Shown: positions 54,493 through 64,000, counted from the first letter of the stretch. The stretch is DNA of 64,000 nucleotides from a virus (IMGVR_UViG_3300036900_000315:2595-66594), one strand, 5' to 3'. Program-made: numbers and translations. Notes: generated by a model not told the origin, from the letters alone.

Positions 54493-55188
54493 TTAACGGC
54501 CGGGGGAAAGTTCAGCGATTCTCGCGTATGCACGCGCCCTGTCTTCGGGCTTCATGCCGGGCTTGATGCTGTCGAGATCGATCACGGTCTCTTTGCGGGT
54601 TCCGCCATTGCGCGCGCCGGATCCGCCTACATCCTTGACCTTCAGGAAGTAGTCGAATTCGGTGTCCATCATGTGGGCGATGTACACGTCTGCCGGTGAG
54701 CCATCGGGACCGACATAGCTTTCGCCGTCTTCGCCCAGCTTCACGGCATCGAACAGCAGCTTGTTGGCGCTGGTCTTTGCGGATTCACTGGCGAAGGTGT
54801 AATCGGAGAGGGCGGATTTAACCGTGCCGCTCCGCTCTTTCATCTCGGCTTTCTTCTCGCGCTCTTCGTCCTTTGCCGTCTTGGCAGCGAGGTCGGCCTG
54901 CAGCTTCAGAAACTCGGGAGCTTCCTTGACGTTCCAGGGCTTCTGTTTACCGGCGAGAAGGGCGGCTGCTTCGTCGGCCTTACGCTTCTCTTCGGCTGCT
55001 GTGGCAGTTGCGGAGGTCGCGAGGTCGGCATCCTTCTTCCGTTGCGCTTCGGCTGCGATCGTGGCCTGTGCGGCTGCGAGCTTGCCGTAGTCGAGCTTCG
55101 AATAGTCGACCACGAGTTTGGTGTAGTCGATGGGGGGCGGCTGGGCAGCGGCTGCCGCGGCCGCTGCTGCGGTCTCTTCAGGTGTCAT
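54493..55188 (-). CDS. Capsid scaffolding protein
   Basis: Between portal and capsid; charged coiled coil; GGSGA. Confidence 0.8.
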   Translation of the reverse strand: MTPEETAAAAAAAAAQPPPIDYTKLVVDYSKLDYGKLAAAQATIAAEAQRKKDADLATSATATAAEEKRKADEAAALLAGKQKPWNVKEAPEFLKLQADLAAKTAKDEEREKKAEMKERSGTVKSALSDYTFASESAKTSANKLLFDAVKLGEDGESYVGPDGSPADVYIAHMMDTEFDYFLKVKDVGGSGARNGGTRKETVIDLDSIKPGMKPEDRARAYARIAELSPGR

Positions 55189-55209
55189 GTTGTGTTGAGG
55201 TGGGGGTTA

Positions 55210-56817
55210 CTACTGCTGCTGTGTTTGCTTCGATGCGCCCTTGAAGATCGCGGTATCGAGCGATTTCGAGAAGGCGGTGCCGAGGTCGTTCTGTTGCTGT
55301 TTCGCCTGTTGGGCTGCAAGATCGGCGCGCGAGGGGGCGTCCGCGATTTCCTTCTGGACTTCGGTCTGCTGTTCTTTCGGTGCCTGCCGCATCACGCGGG
55401 CTGCGGTCTTCGAGTACACGTAGGTGTCGAAGGCGGGGCTCGGGATGTTCATATCGAGGGCGGCCTGCCCTTCAGCGATATCGACGATCGCGCCGTTGTC
55501 TTCAGCCTGGAGTCCCGTAACTTCGGCTTCGAGTACTTGCCCGGCTATCAGCGCGGCGTCTTCGGTAATGCCCTTCAGTGCCTCGCGCAGAATGTTTCCA
55601 AAAGCATTGGCGACGTCTTTCGACGGGGCCATGTCCATTTCTTTGGAGTAGCCGGAGTTGGCGGACGCTGATGCGCTCGAGCTGCGCCCTTGCGCCTGCA
55701 GGTGCATCTGACGGTAAATCTCTTCGCGCAGGGCCGCGATACGTGCCGCGGCAACGGTAAAGCTCATGCCGGACTGCTCGGCGAAGGTGAGGGTGGTGTC
55801 CTTTTCCTGAAAGTGGATGTAGGCGGTTTCCGACATCACCGGCTTGTCTTCGTAGGGGCCGGCAATCACAGGGACAGCCAGATTCGCCTGTTTCAGCGCC
55901 CATGAAAACGAGTTGTCTTGGTTGAGGTGGTCGAGGACCTGCAGGTAGACACGGTATGCCAGCCAGAGATGATCGGGTAATTCGATCTTGCGGACAGGAA
56001 CTCGGGTCCACGGCTTGAGCGCATGCGGGCCGAAGTCGACCACTTCCGCGAGGCGGTCATCACCCGTTGGGACGTCTTTCCCGGACGTAACCGGGGCCTC
56101 GTATAGCGTGAAATTCTGGCGATCGAACAGGTACCACTGATCGATAACCAGCGGCTTCTTGCCAAAGACGCGCTCCGATCGCTGAGTCTTGATCACTACC
56201 CACTCGTAGTTGCCCGCCTGGTCGCAGGACCAGTTGATGACCTGAGAGGCGTCGAACGTGGTGATGTAGGCGTTGAGATCTCCGCGCGCTTTCTGCTCGC
56301 GGAAGTTACTCGCGATTGTGCTGCCCGGCAGGTCAATGAGAACGAAGGCCACGCCGTTCAGCGCGGCATCGGTGAGCCATTTCTTACTGCAGTCGACGAG
56401 AGACTTTCCGCAGCGATCTGCATTCTCGAGGAACTCATCGAGCAACCCGTCTGTTGTGCGTTTGCCGTCTTTGCCTGCGGTGAATACTGCGGGGGAATCG
56501 GCATAAAGGCCGGTCTGATACCAGCCGATTCCCGATTGCAGAATGTTCTGATAGGTGAACTCGAGTGTGCGGGCGAGGTAGACGGCGGGTGGTTCCACCG
56601 GCCGCTTGCGAAGGTAAAGCGAGGCATGCTGCTGGAGTTCGAAGCCGCCGCGGTACAGCGGGCCAATCATCGAATAGAACACCTTCAGCGCGTCGTACTC
56701 TTCGTGGTGGGCGTCGACGGCGGATACCGGGAGTGAGCTGGGGGCTTCGACAGGAGGGGCACTCGCTTGAGTGGTGGCGATCGCCAGCGCTTTCGTTTTG
56801 AGTTTGCGAACGGCCAC
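55210..56817 (-). CDS. Portal protein
   Basis: YLRKRPVEPPAVYLAR, GVAFVLIDLP, VINW, SGYSKEMD; 535 aa. Confidence 0.88.
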   Translation of the reverse strand: MAVRKLKTKALAIATTQASAPPVEAPSSLPVSAVDAHHEEYDALKVFYSMIGPLYRGGFELQQHASLYLRKRPVEPPAVYLARTLEFTYQNILQSGIGWYQTGLYADSPAVFTAGKDGKRTTDGLLDEFLENADRCGKSLVDCSKKWLTDAALNGVAFVLIDLPGSTIASNFREQKARGDLNAYITTFDASQVINWSCDQAGNYEWVVIKTQRSERVFGKKPLVIDQWYLFDRQNFTLYEAPVTSGKDVPTGDDRLAEVVDFGPHALKPWTRVPVRKIELPDHLWLAYRVYLQVLDHLNQDNSFSWALKQANLAVPVIAGPYEDKPVMSETAYIHFQEKDTTLTFAEQSGMSFTVAAARIAALREEIYRQMHLQAQGRSSSASASANSGYSKEMDMAPSKDVANAFGNILREALKGITEDAALIAGQVLEAEVTGLQAEDNGAIVDIAEGQAALDMNIPSPAFDTYVYSKTAARVMRQAPKEQQTEVQKEIADAPSRADLAAQQAKQQQNDLGTAFSKSLDTAIFKGASKQTQQQ

Positions 56818-57116
56818 TATTTGGACACCTTGGAATCGATATCTTTGAGGCGGGAAAGCACGTCAGCCAGGCGGCTGTTTTGCTCTTCCCTGAAAATCTG
56901 GAACTCGTTGCGTGACGTCATGCCCTGCAAAATGATCTGTTCGGCGATCAGCGATTTCTCCATCTGGTCAACTCGCGACGTGAGGATCCCCTCGGACGTG
57001 TGGGTACCGACCAGATACGTGCCTGCGGACATGAGGATGCCCAGAATCACGGTTGCGGGTAGCGGAAGTTTGAAATCGGTGGCTATCACGGAAGCATCTT
57101 CGTTATTGGGAGGCAC
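56817..57116 (-). CDS. Single-TM coiled-coil membrane protein
   Basis: LPATVILGILMSAGTYLVG followed by heptads. Confidence 0.65.
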   Translation of the reverse strand: MPPNNEDASVIATDFKLPLPATVILGILMSAGTYLVGTHTSEGILTSRVDQMEKSLIAEQIILQGMTSRNEFQIFREEQNSRLADVLSRLKDIDSKVSK

Positions 57117-57119
57117 ATG

Positions 57120-58496
57120 TCACAAAATCACGGTGGTGCGCGGGCCGCTCTTGCCGCGTGTTTCAGCGACTACGAGGTAGCCAAGAGCGTCTGAGGAGTG
57201 TCCTCGTTTCGGATCGGCGCGCGGAATTTCGTCGTCGAGGGTGTTGCCGGCGTTGTCGCGAGGCCAGGCAAGCTGCTCAAAGTCGGTAATCAACTCTTTG
57301 CACTTCGGGTCGACGAACAGAATGCTCGTGCCCGCCGCGGAAAGGAGTGCGCCGTTCACCATATTGGTGCGCGCTTTAACCGGTCCGTTCGATTCCGGAA
57401 CGCGAGAGCTTACACTCAACCGCTGTTCTTTTACTCGAAGCGTTTCCTTGATCACCGCCCAGTCGCTGCGGTTACTCTGACGCTGTCGGGAGTTCCCGGT
57501 GGCGTCGCCGTACAGATAGACTTGCCGCAGGCCGAGCGCGATATAGGGCTCCATGCGTTTCAGGAACGCGTCGGCATGCTGGGACGTGGTGCAGTCCTTG
57601 ATCACGATCTCGTCTAAGATCCGGATCTCGATCTGCTTCTTTCCGCGCAGCATGTCTTCTCGCGTCGTCACATCGACGACTTGCGAAATAACGCTGCTAG
57701 CGGGGTCGATGTTGAAGTCGAGACTCCAATAGATCGGCCAGGCCGGATCGAATTTAAGAGAGCGGCAACACGTACGCTTGCGGTCGAAGGCGAAGTAAAT
57801 CTGCCCAGTGAACTGCGCGAGGTATTTGCCGAGGACCTCCTGCTCGTAGAAGCGGACGTCGTACGAGTCCTTGAGCCCTTCGTAGTATTCGGCGGTGACA
57901 GCCGGGTTTTCACCCGGCTTCGCGAACACCGCTTCATGGCCCGACTTCTTGTCTGGGCCAACGAACCGAGACCAAACCCAATCAAATCCTTTCGGCGTCC
58001 AAACACCGAAGCCGCAAAGCCTCTTAGCGTTCGGGTGGCGGAGACGGGCTATCATACGTAGCCACGCGTCCTCCTTGCTATAGGTCAGTTCATCGATTCC
58101 AAACCACGCGAGGTTTGTACCCATGAGCCGGAGCGGATTGTCCAAACTCCGGAAGCGCACTGTAGATTCAGGCTCGAGAAGTTCGACCTGGTTATCCGCA
58201 GCGCGAAAGGCAAACGGCACGCCGTTCGACTCCAAGATTTCGAGAAACTCTTTCCGGGTGTTGTCGTGCAACATGCGGAAAGTGGGCGCCGCCAGGACAC
58301 CCGGTAGGCCGGGATTCTGGTACGCCAATTTCAAAACTTCCTGACAGAGCGCTGCGCTCTTGCCAGTTCCCACCGGGCCGCTGAAGCCTTTGAACTTCGC
58401 GGTGAGCGCGTGAAACTCTAATTGCGTTTCAGTCGGGTACTTGCGTCCGAACTGCGAATACTGGACCTCACGCAGGCACTCCAGGGGCGGGAACAT
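57120..58496 (-). CDS. terL: Terminase large subunit
   Basis: Walker A GPVGTGKS, Walker B WFGIDE, TPKG, LDFN, YGDATG, HSSDALGY. Confidence 0.95.
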   Translation of the reverse strand: MFPPLECLREVQYSQFGRKYPTETQLEFHALTAKFKGFSGPVGTGKSAALCQEVLKLAYQNPGLPGVLAAPTFRMLHDNTRKEFLEILESNGVPFAFRAADNQVELLEPESTVRFRSLDNPLRLMGTNLAWFGIDELTYSKEDAWLRMIARLRHPNAKRLCGFGVWTPKGFDWVWSRFVGPDKKSGHEAVFAKPGENPAVTAEYYEGLKDSYDVRFYEQEVLGKYLAQFTGQIYFAFDRKRTCCRSLKFDPAWPIYWSLDFNIDPASSVISQVVDVTTREDMLRGKKQIEIRILDEIVIKDCTTSQHADAFLKRMEPYIALGLRQVYLYGDATGNSRQRQSNRSDWAVIKETLRVKEQRLSVSSRVPESNGPVKARTNMVNGALLSAAGTSILFVDPKCKELITDFEQLAWPRDNAGNTLDDEIPRADPKRGHSSDALGYLVVAETRGKSGPRTTVIL

Positions 58497-59097
58497 CTTC
58501 AATAGCGGGTCTGTAAACGATTCCGGTCGGCTTCTGAGCGGTCGACGAGGCGGCTTCTTTGCGTTTCTTCTCGGTCCGCACACCGTTGATTGCTTCAGCC
58601 GCAGTCTCGTTGCGGACCTGGATGGTGCGGGAGTAACCCGCCATCTTCAGCGCTTTGACGCTTGTTTTTGTGCGCGTCTTGGTGATGCTGCCGGTGTTGA
58701 TGTCCTCCACCGTTTCGTCCTTGACGACGATCACGTCGGCGACTGGCGACATTTCCGCCTTATCGATCAGCTCGTCCATCCGCTTTGCGCGGCGCTCGAG
58801 CGACTCCTGGTTCGACAGCTCAAACTCCCAGCGGCGTTCCTCGAGCTCGAGAACCTTGCGCGCGCGGAGCTTCAGCTTTTCAGCGTCGAGAAACGCGTCA
58901 TAGGCAAGGGCACGCTGCTCCCAGCGAAACTTGCCAGACCAAAGGCCCCACTGACCAGGGCAAATACCCTTCGTCGTGCCGCGGTATTCCGCGTACGCCT
59001 TGGCTAGTGAACGCGAAGCGCCGAGATCTCGGTAGAGGGCGAAGGCGCGGAATGCAGGGGCTGACTCGTATGCGAGTTGTTCGTAGTCAAGGGGCAC
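58468..59097 (-). CDS. terS: Terminase small subunit
   Basis: ESAPAFRAFALYRDLGASRSL...WSGKFRWEQRALAYD; directly upstream of terL. Confidence 0.8.
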   Translation of the reverse strand: MPLDYEQLAYESAPAFRAFALYRDLGASRSLAKAYAEYRGTTKGICPGQWGLWSGKFRWEQRALAYDAFLDAEKLKLRARKVLELEERRWEFELSNQESLERRAKRMDELIDKAEMSPVADVIVVKDETVEDINTGSITKTRTKTSVKALKMAGYSRTIQVRNETAAEAINGVRTEKKRKEAASSTAQKPTGIVYRPAIEDVPAPGVPA

Positions 59098-59100
59098 ACG

Positions 59101-60501
59101 TTAGGAGGCCACTCTTCGGGCGTCCGCTACTTGCTGAAACGTCCGTCCGTCGCCTTCAAGGGTAGCTTCCTGGTTGGTGAACGTCTGCCAGCGCTTCACT
59201 ATGACGTCGCAATAGTCGGGGCTGAGTTCCATTCCAAAGCAGAAACGGTTTGTTTTCTCGCAGGCGATCAGCGTTGTTCCGGAGCCGAGGAAGCCGTCGA
59301 AGCAGGAGTTGAACTCGAAGTCCGCGAATATCTTAACGAATAAACCTACGGGTTTCTGTGTGGGATGCACGCGTGTCTTCAGTTCGGTTTTACGGTCGCC
59401 TGCTCTGCAAAGACCGTTCCACATGAACTGATAGAGCTTGGCACCACGATCAAATGAGGTCCATGCCATTTCCACATCGGCAAAGTTGCCACTGTTTTGC
59501 TTGTCCCAGATCACCCAGCAAGGCGACGGGGCAAGAAAGTGGGTAAAGTAATTGCCGCCGAAGATAATGAAGTTCTGGATGCCGGATTCCAGCGCGTTGC
59601 GAAAAAACGCCTCTGCCGCGTCCGGGTTATCGTCGTTCGCAATGGGCGCGTACAGCTTTGGTTTGACGATGTTTTTTCCGCCGCCGACGCCTTTTTTTGC
59701 ACCGCCATACGGATACATATGGCCCGCTGATCCGCCGCCGCCGACGACGCCTTCAGCGCCTTCGGCGCTTTGTAAACCAAATGGTTTTGGGCCGCCGCCG
59801 CCGCCTTTTTTGGATTCGCCTTTGACCTTCACGATGGCGATTCCGTAAGGCGGATCGGTGATCACGATATCCACTTTCGCACCGCCGGTAAGCCGTGCCA
59901 ACTCTTCCGGCAGCGTGCTGTCACCGCAGAGCAAGCGATGCTTACCGAGAATCCAGAGGTCCCCTTTTACAGTGGCGACAGTTTCCTCAATATCAGGGCA
60001 TTCGTTCTCGCCTTCCGTCTCTTCAACCGGAGCGCCGCCCGAAGCTTCGAGCACTGCATCACCAGCCGCTGCCACAACTGCGTCGAAGGCTTCCTGGGAG
60101 TAGCCGGTGCCCTCAAGCGATCCGTTGGACTCCGCCGCGATTTGCGTGAGCAGTTCCGCTAGCGCGGTGGGATCGTCTATTCCGAGGGACGCTGTGCGAT
60201 TGTCGGCGGAAAGAATTCTGCGGGCCTGGACGTCAGAGCATTCCAGCCAGAAACAGGGAATCTGAGCTCCGCCGTCGCGTTTGACGGCAGCCAGGCGGTG
60301 GTTCCCCGCCAGGACGTATCCGGTAGAACGTTGCGCCACGACGGCGCCGTAGAAGCCGTTTGCCGTGATGCTGGCGCTGATAGCGTCTAAATCACCGCGC
60401 CGCGGGTTGTCCGGGTGCGGAATAAGCTTGTCGACGTCGACGAGTTCGAGCGTTTGTTCGTTAATTTGCACTTGTGGTGGAGCGGAGATCCTTCGTCCCA
60501 C
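59101..60501 (-). CDS. ParB/Srx N-domain plus N4/N6 DNA methyltransferase
   Basis: LIPHPDNPR, LAGNHRL, GKHRLLCGDS, TDPPYG, HPTQKP, DGFLGSGTTL. Confidence 0.93.
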   Translation of the reverse strand: MGRRISAPPQVQINEQTLELVDVDKLIPHPDNPRRGDLDAISASITANGFYGAVVAQRSTGYVLAGNHRLAAVKRDGGAQIPCFWLECSDVQARRILSADNRTASLGIDDPTALAELLTQIAAESNGSLEGTGYSQEAFDAVVAAAGDAVLEASGGAPVEETEGENECPDIEETVATVKGDLWILGKHRLLCGDSTLPEELARLTGGAKVDIVITDPPYGIAIVKVKGESKKGGGGGPKPFGLQSAEGAEGVVGGGGSAGHMYPYGGAKKGVGGGKNIVKPKLYAPIANDDNPDAAEAFFRNALESGIQNFIIFGGNYFTHFLAPSPCWVIWDKQNSGNFADVEMAWTSFDRGAKLYQFMWNGLCRAGDRKTELKTRVHPTQKPVGLFVKIFADFEFNSCFDGFLGSGTTLIACEKTNRFCFGMELSPDYCDVIVKRWQTFTNQEATLEGDGRTFQQVADARRVAS

Positions 60502-60645
60502 TCCGCTGGAAAATCTTCGTCAACAAACCAACCGGTTGGCATCTCATAGTGGCCTTGTGTCTTGATTGCGCCGGGACGTTGTGTGCGTCCCAGCGTGCTC
60601 GGCCAGCGACCCGTCACATATGGACGGCATCGCAACCGGAAAGTG

Positions 60646-60831
60646 TTATTCGCTCGTCTCTGCTGGTTCCTCGGCTACATAGAAGCCCATCGCAGTGGTT
60701 TGCACCGCGGCGACAGGTGGCTTTTGCAGCCGGACCCAGAGTGAACAGAAACAGAAGTCGGGGTCGGCCCGGTCAATCCACAGGATGTGCCCGCGAATAT
60801 CGAGGCCGAAAATTCGTAGCGTGAAGCTCAC
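60646..60831 (-). CDS. Hypothetical protein
   Basis: GTGA overlap. Confidence 0.4.
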   Translation of the reverse strand: MSFTLRIFGLDIRGHILWIDRADPDFCFCSLWVRLQKPPVAAVQTTAMGFYVAEEPAETSE

Positions 60832-61157
60832 GCGATGTCCGTATACTTCCGAATCGAGCGCATCTCAAACTCCCGCCGTAATGCGGCGATCGCCCGCCGG
60901 TGCATGGCAAACGCGGCTTCAGGCGAAACGCCCAGCTCAGCCGCTATCGATTCGAACGTCGACTCGCAGTCGTAGTGAAGAAACATGAGCCTCTGTTGAG
61001 GAACGGTGAGCGTCTCGACTAGCTCTTCAAGTAACTCCGCGTTGGCCGCGCGAATTGCGATCGCGTCCGGACCGGGTTCCGAAGGTAGGAAGAAATCGAC
61101 TTCGTTGCCGGAGATTACGCGGCAGGCTTCAAGGAGTCGGTTTCGGCTATCAGGCAA
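60828..61157 (-). CDS. Sigma-70 region-4 domain protein
   Basis: LTVPQQRLMFLHYDCESTFESIAAELGVSPEAAFAMHRRAIAALR. Confidence 0.8.
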   Translation of the reverse strand: MPDSRNRLLEACRVISGNEVDFFLPSEPGPDAIAIRAANAELLEELVETLTVPQQRLMFLHYDCESTFESIAAELGVSPEAAFAMHRRAIAALRREFEMRSIRKYTDIA

Positions 61158-61510
61158 TCAGTAACCACCTGCAGGAAATGCTTTCGCTTGTTCCTGGCGA
61201 TGCGGTCGATTGTCCAAACATGTTCTGGGTTGTCATCGCGCTCGTGGTCGTGGGAATCGCCCATCGTGCCGCGCTGGCGGATGGAGGTGGGTTTGACCGG
61301 CTTAAGAGAATCGCCAAGGATCGCGTTGGCCTGCATCTTCACGCCGCGGATCTTCTTTTTGTTGGTGCGCAGCCAGATGGCCTTGCCCTCGAAGACCAGC
61401 CTCGAGGCTTCGGACTCAGTAACAAAAAGCAGGATGCCATGATTCGCCGCGTCGATAACCGGCAGCTTGTCAGATTCGTAGGTGATGGGATTCGGAGACA
61501 CCGATGGCAT
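61115..61510 (-). CDS. Hypothetical protein
   Basis: 131-aa ORF after a hairpin-rich intergenic region. Confidence 0.65.
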   Translation of the reverse strand: MPSVSPNPITYESDKLPVIDAANHGILLFVTESEASRLVFEGKAIWLRTNKKKIRGVKMQANAILGDSLKPVKPTSIRQRGTMGDSHDHERDDNPEHVWTIDRIARNKRKHFLQVVTDCLIAETDSLKPAA

Positions 61511-61643
61511 CGAGTTGGTAACCGGGACTTGGAATCTTGTTTACCCTCCACCTTGTCGTGGAGCACGCCCTTTCCGCGGATGGGGCTGACTCACTCACGT
61601 GAATCACGATGCTGTATGAGTCTACAGGCGATTCCAGGAAATA

Positions 61644-61952
61644 CTAACCGTCTCCTTTGGTGCTGAGTAGAACCACTAAGATTTGGCGCGCCTCATCTGC
61701 CGTCATTTCGATGTTTTTCGCGGTGAGGAGAAATTCGTCGAATGGGGTGCAAGCCTTTGGATTGCGGAGCGTCGATGTCCGGTAAGCTGCCACGAGCTTC
61801 ATTCGGCTCTTGGTGCCCGTCTTCAACAGCATGTTCGCGATGTGAGTCTCGACCGTCCTGGATTTGATGTCCAATCCAGAGGCGATTTCTTTGCTCGAAT
61901 CCCCGAGCAGTAACCGATCGAGGATCTCGAGTTCCCGTTTGGATAGCATCAT
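61644..61952 (-). CDS. LuxR/GerE-type HTH protein
   Basis: LSKRELEILDRLLLGDSSKEIASGLDIKSRTVETHIANMLLK. Confidence 0.88.
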   Translation of the reverse strand: MMLSKRELEILDRLLLGDSSKEIASGLDIKSRTVETHIANMLLKTGTKSRMKLVAAYRTSTLRNPKACTPFDEFLLTAKNIEMTADEARQILVVLLSTKGDG

Positions 61953-62716
61953 GGCATCACCAGCGAACGCAATCCTTGAAGCGGAACAGTCTTTTCTTCG
62001 TCGAGCTGAAACAGGCCGCGTCCGTTCGGGAAGTGCTCGCCGGGCAGCTCTGCGCAACGGATGTCACGAGGAGGTGGAATCGAAAACGTCGACTGGTCCA
62101 TGCGGCTTTCCCCAGTGGCGACATTTCGCAAACCCAAGAGAGCTAGCTCGAAGCGGTCGGCCACGCCTACCTTCGTGAAAAGCCGCGACAGGTAAACTTT
62201 GACCGTGTTCTCCGTGACGCCGAGGATAACTGCAAGCGCCTTATTTTTCAGACCTCGCGTCAGCAGTGTCACCAATTGCCCTTCGCGCCGGGTAAGAGAG
62301 ACTTTCCTGGCCGAGAGCATACTGTCGGTTAACTCTTTCTCGAACCACATCTCACCCTGGCTAACTTTTATCAGGCACTCGATGAGCGTCTCGACAGGAA
62401 GTGCTTTCTTGAGGATTCCCCGGACCCCTAAGCCCATTACCTGAAACGCGATCTCAACTGAAATCGTGTTGACCCACAGCACAATCTTGCAAGTATCGAG
62501 GCTCGACTTCAGTTTCCGTAAAAGATCGAAGCTTACATCCGAGGTGAGATCCAGGAGAAGGATGTCCGGCTTCTCTCTCTCCGCCAAGGTGGCTAAGTTG
62601 GCGATGTCGTCGCTCACTCCCAGCAGCAAAAGATCGCTGTTTTCAGCCAGCAAATGCGAGAATCCCAGCGCTGAAACCGGTTCGGAACTGTGCAAGAGAA
62701 TGCGCGCGATGCTCAT
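61949..62716 (-). CDS. NarL/LuxR-family response regulator with atypical receiver
   Basis: KPDILLLDL, GVRGILKK, LTRREGQLV...GLKNK...TVKVYLSRLFTKVGVADRFELAL. Confidence 0.92.
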   Translation of the reverse strand: MSIARILLHSSEPVSALGFSHLLAENSDLLLLGVSDDIANLATLAEREKPDILLLDLTSDVSFDLLRKLKSSLDTCKIVLWVNTISVEIAFQVMGLGVRGILKKALPVETLIECLIKVSQGEMWFEKELTDSMLSARKVSLTRREGQLVTLLTRGLKNKALAVILGVTENTVKVYLSRLFTKVGVADRFELALLGLRNVATGESRMDQSTFSIPPPRDIRCAELPGEHFPNGRGLFQLDEEKTVPLQGLRSLVMP

Positions 62717-62994
62717 CCACGCAGCCCCATTTTCTTAAGTTCCCAATCGCAGCGCTCACAGTGCCCGCACGCTGAATTCAGCGCAAACGATCCGCGGCAG
62801 GTTGCGCGTAGGAAAACAGGTGGCTGGCGAGGGTCAGGCGCTGGAGTTCCTTCGCCGGTGAGCATAAAGGTTGTGCATTCGTTGACCGCGACAATGATCA
62901 ATTCGCCGACTTCTTTGATGAATTCTTTGGCCTTCAGCGGCGGAGCCCATTTGTCCACGAGTGCTTGAACGAGCTTTGCTGTTTTGTCCGTCAA
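62713..62994 (-). CDS. Hypothetical protein with Cys cluster
   Basis: CRGS...ACGHCERC; coupled. Confidence 0.6.
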   Translation of the reverse strand: MTDKTAKLVQALVDKWAPPLKAKEFIKEVGELIIVAVNECTTFMLTGEGTPAPDPRQPPVFLRATCRGSFALNSACGHCERCDWELKKMGLRG

Positions 62995-63251
62995 TTTACT
63001 AACCCACTCGTCTGTTCCGCCATCCGCTTCTGACGCTCAAGCGCCTGTGCCAGGTGAAAGGTGCACAAGTTACCAAGGAGTCCGATACTCCAGCCCTGCT
63101 CTTTCGCCGCGGCCAGGAAGGCTAATATGTTCTGCTCTGCCGTGAGCGCCACATCGTACGAGAGCGCGAAGAATTTGGCGCAGGCGGGCTCGCAGCGTGC
63201 GTGCAGGATGGGCTTGTCGATGCACTCGGTGATGATTTCGACGGAGGGCAT
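62991..63251 (-). CDS. Hypothetical protein
   Basis: CEPAC...GWSI...LCTFH. Confidence 0.6.
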   Translation of the reverse strand: MPSVEIITECIDKPILHARCEPACAKFFALSYDVALTAEQNILAFLAAAKEQGWSIGLLGNLCTFHLAQALERQKRMAEQTSGLVN

Positions 63252-63563
63252 TTATTCGAACTCCACCGGCCATGGTCTGGATGGGAAGTCGAGTTCTTCA
63301 TCTTCCTCGGGCAGCGATACCGGGCAGCGGACGTCCAGCTTAACGGGCTGGAGCGGCTGATAGAAGGTCAACATCGTTAGCCAGATATCGCCGAATATCA
63401 GAATGCGAATTCGCTCCCGTAAAGAGACGTGCCACCGGGTGACGACCGTGCCTCTGGAGTCGCCGACGCGATACGCAGGCAGCGGAATATACTCCGGCTG
63501 ATCCTTCGCAAAGATGGTGTCTTCGCGGTAGTCGCCGGGGATGACCGGGGAGATGGGTGTCAT
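63252..63563 (-). CDS. Phage hypothetical protein
   Basis: FAKDQPEYIPLPA...VTRW...ERIRILIFGDIWL...QPLQPV; coupled. Confidence 0.75.
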   Translation of the reverse strand: MTPISPVIPGDYREDTIFAKDQPEYIPLPAYRVGDSRGTVVTRWHVSLRERIRILIFGDIWLTMLTFYQPLQPVKLDVRCPVSLPEEDEELDFPSRPWPVEFE

Positions 63564-63793
63564 GCTTTCCCCTTCGCCAGCGTCTGCATCTTGTGTTCCT
63601 GGTCCAATCGCGTGGCCTTGTCGCCTTCCGCTATCTTTTGCGTCAGCCCTTCGTGAATCCCGCAGAGGAGCGAACGACGTGCGGCTGGGCCGAGCTTCGC
63701 CAGTTCGTTATTGAGCGCCTGGGTGATTCGCCGGGCAGAGTTGATGATCTGCAATTGCTCTGCTGCTATCTGGACTTCGCGGGTTGTGGGCAT
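63560..63793 (-). CDS. Hypothetical protein
   Basis: ATGA coupling. Confidence 0.6.
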   Translation of the reverse strand: MPTTREVQIAAEQLQIINSARRITQALNNELAKLGPAARRSLLCGIHEGLTQKIAEGDKATRLDQEHKMQTLAKGKA

Positions 63794-64000
63794 CTACACC
63801 GCCTGCTTTCGGTCGTATGGACCGAGCCACTTCGAGCCGTCCCAAGCCCACCATTTGCCGTCACTGCGAAAATGCCATTCCATTTACGCGGCCGCCTTAA
63901 ACCGCTTCGTGCACACGATCCTGCGTCCGCCGGTGCGAGCTTCGGTCACAAACTGCCCGCGATCCGCCTCAGTCACCGCCGCTTCGAACGCCTCAATCGT

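Larger units (their letters stand above)
1..64000. mobile_element. Tailed (siphovirus-like) temperate phage/prophage genome segment; both ends outside window
   Basis: Terminase-portal-capsid-tail-lysis gene order, replication module, dense small ORFs with ATGA/TAATG overlaps; no housekeeping genes. Confidence 0.96.

Noticed and set aside
58468-58583. TerS-TerL frameshift fusion
   Set aside because: No slippery site seen; an in-frame ATG at 58496 explains the overlap
59660-59830. Gly-rich insertion in the methyltransferase as an intein or mobile insert
   Set aside because: Short low-complexity loop without intein terminal motifs

Overview
The whole window is part of a temperate, siphovirus-like tailed phage or prophage genome (GC-rich; no host genes or att ends visible). 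Almost all genes are on the - strand. Reading in that direction from 64 kb: small genes, NarL/LuxR regulators, a sigma region-4 protein, ParB-methyltransferase, TerS/TerL, portal, scaffold, capsid, neck, tail tube, frameshifted tail chaperone, tape measure, Dit, tail tip, fibre and an atypical lysis cassette. After that come early modules with their own promoters, a FimB-like tyrosine recombinase, an iteron-type origin with tandem wHTH initiators, many small genes, a FliA-like sigma factor and a cluster of secreted proteins running off the left edge. The response regulator and several small proteins resemble Acidobacteriota (Bryobacterales) proteins; this host call is from memory and was not searched. 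Four things stand out. (1) The tail fibre, the small gene after it, an outer-membrane beta-barrel and three further fibre-like or beta-rich proteins all carry Sec signal peptides, and the fibre-type ones have closely paired cysteines, suggesting periplasm-folded phage fibres. (2) Several gene inserts are bracketed by diverged duplications of neighbouring gene ends, including a head-to-tail junction that fits mini-circle integration. (3) There are plasmid-like origin and resolution features. (4) There are several structured intergenic RNA candidates. All functional calls come from motif recognition and gene order, not database searches.
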